Part shown: in pieces, positions 31,305-32,000 of the stretch
Layout: every line of letters starts with the position of its first letter
How positions within the stretch are numbered: position 1 is the stretch's first letter
Sequence record: MK250016.1
Strand: one strand, 5' to 3'
Length of the DNA stretch: 32,000 nucleotides
Source of the DNA: Prevotella phage Lak-A1
Notes under the pieces: generated by a model
Seen by the model: only the letters and a program-made list of their open reading frames with translations
Told to the model about the DNA's origin: nothing
Databases searched by the model: none
Program-made: the position numbers and the translations under genes

Positions 31305-32000
31305 ATGACAACAACAAAAAATATAATTTAGATTAAAGCAAGTAAATGTATTTTTCTTGCTGATATTCATTTAGGTGTAAGATCTGCATCAGAAGAATGG
31401 CAAGAAAATATTTCATCATATTTTTATAATTGGTTTATTCCATATATAAAATCATTAGTGGAAAAAGATCCTACTTATTTTTTAGCAATTTTAGGTGATG
31501 TATATGATGATAGAAAATCTATTGATATTAATGTAAATGATTTAGCAATAGATATATTTGAAATTTTAGGATCTATATTACCAGTTTATATTATAAACGG
31601 AAATCATGATCTATCTAAAAGAACAAACAAAGGAAATACATCATTAAGAAATTTAGATAATATTCCAAATGTTACAGTTATAAAAGAACCGACATTAATT
31701 AAGATTAAACCATCAACTAAGATATTATCAAATATTATAGCAATACCATATTTGGGTTCACATGAAGAAGAAAATAAAGTATTACTTGAATATTCAGGTA
31801 AAGCAAATTATGCATGGATGCATACAGATATTTCGCAAATGAAATTTGATAATGGTATGACTATTATCGGTGCAGTTGATTCAAAAATATTTAAAGGAAA
31901 AATATTATCAGGACATATTCATAAACGGCAGGAATTAGGTAATGTTATTTATGTAGGTTCTCCATATCAGTTAAGAAGATCAGATATAGGAAATACAAAA
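31305..32000 (+). CDS. SbcD/Mre11/T4 gp47-like metallophosphoesterase (exonuclease subunit), partial at window end
   Basis: 'KCIFLADIHLGVR', 'LAILGDVYDDR', 'VYIINGNHDLS', 'ILSGHIHKRQELGNVIYVGSPYQ' calcineurin-like phosphoesterase motifs; in-frame TAG at codon 9. Confidence 0.85.

Overview
This 32 kb window looks like accessory and structural DNA from a very AT-rich tailed bacteriophage in which in-frame TAG (amber) codons are read through. TAA and TGA still terminate, which is consistent with genetic code 15 (TAG to Gln) as known for Lak-like and some crAss-like gut phages. The supplied standard-code ORF track fragments many genes. Merging same-frame fragments across TAG gives a ~1996-aa beta-repeat protein (minus, 237..6227) with at least 25 in-frame TAGs, several complete structural or unknown genes, and a complete TAG-recoded gene at 25226..26608 that the track shows only as a 104-aa fragment. 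That hidden gene looks like a TnpB/Cas12-like RuvC nuclease with all three putative acidic catalytic residues in order. Other highlights: ClpX carrying a 315-aa intein inserted immediately after the Walker B Asp-Glu, with a non-canonical C-terminal Gly-Asn; a proteostasis-like cluster (ClpX-intein, LemA-like, MoxR-type AAA+, HExxH plus VWA protein); and a recurrent N-terminal module 'LxE|S-L/M-F-D-D-x-D-D' in several proteins. That last motif resembles a T4-type prohead-protease or capsid-targeting site, with more LxE|S sites inside a very acidic 710-aa protein that may be a scaffold or internal head protein. NrdG, a gp5/gpV-like baseplate OB protein, a cytidylyltransferase-like protein and an SbcD/gp47-like phosphoesterase are also present. 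Family assignments are by motif recognition from sequence only; no database search was run.
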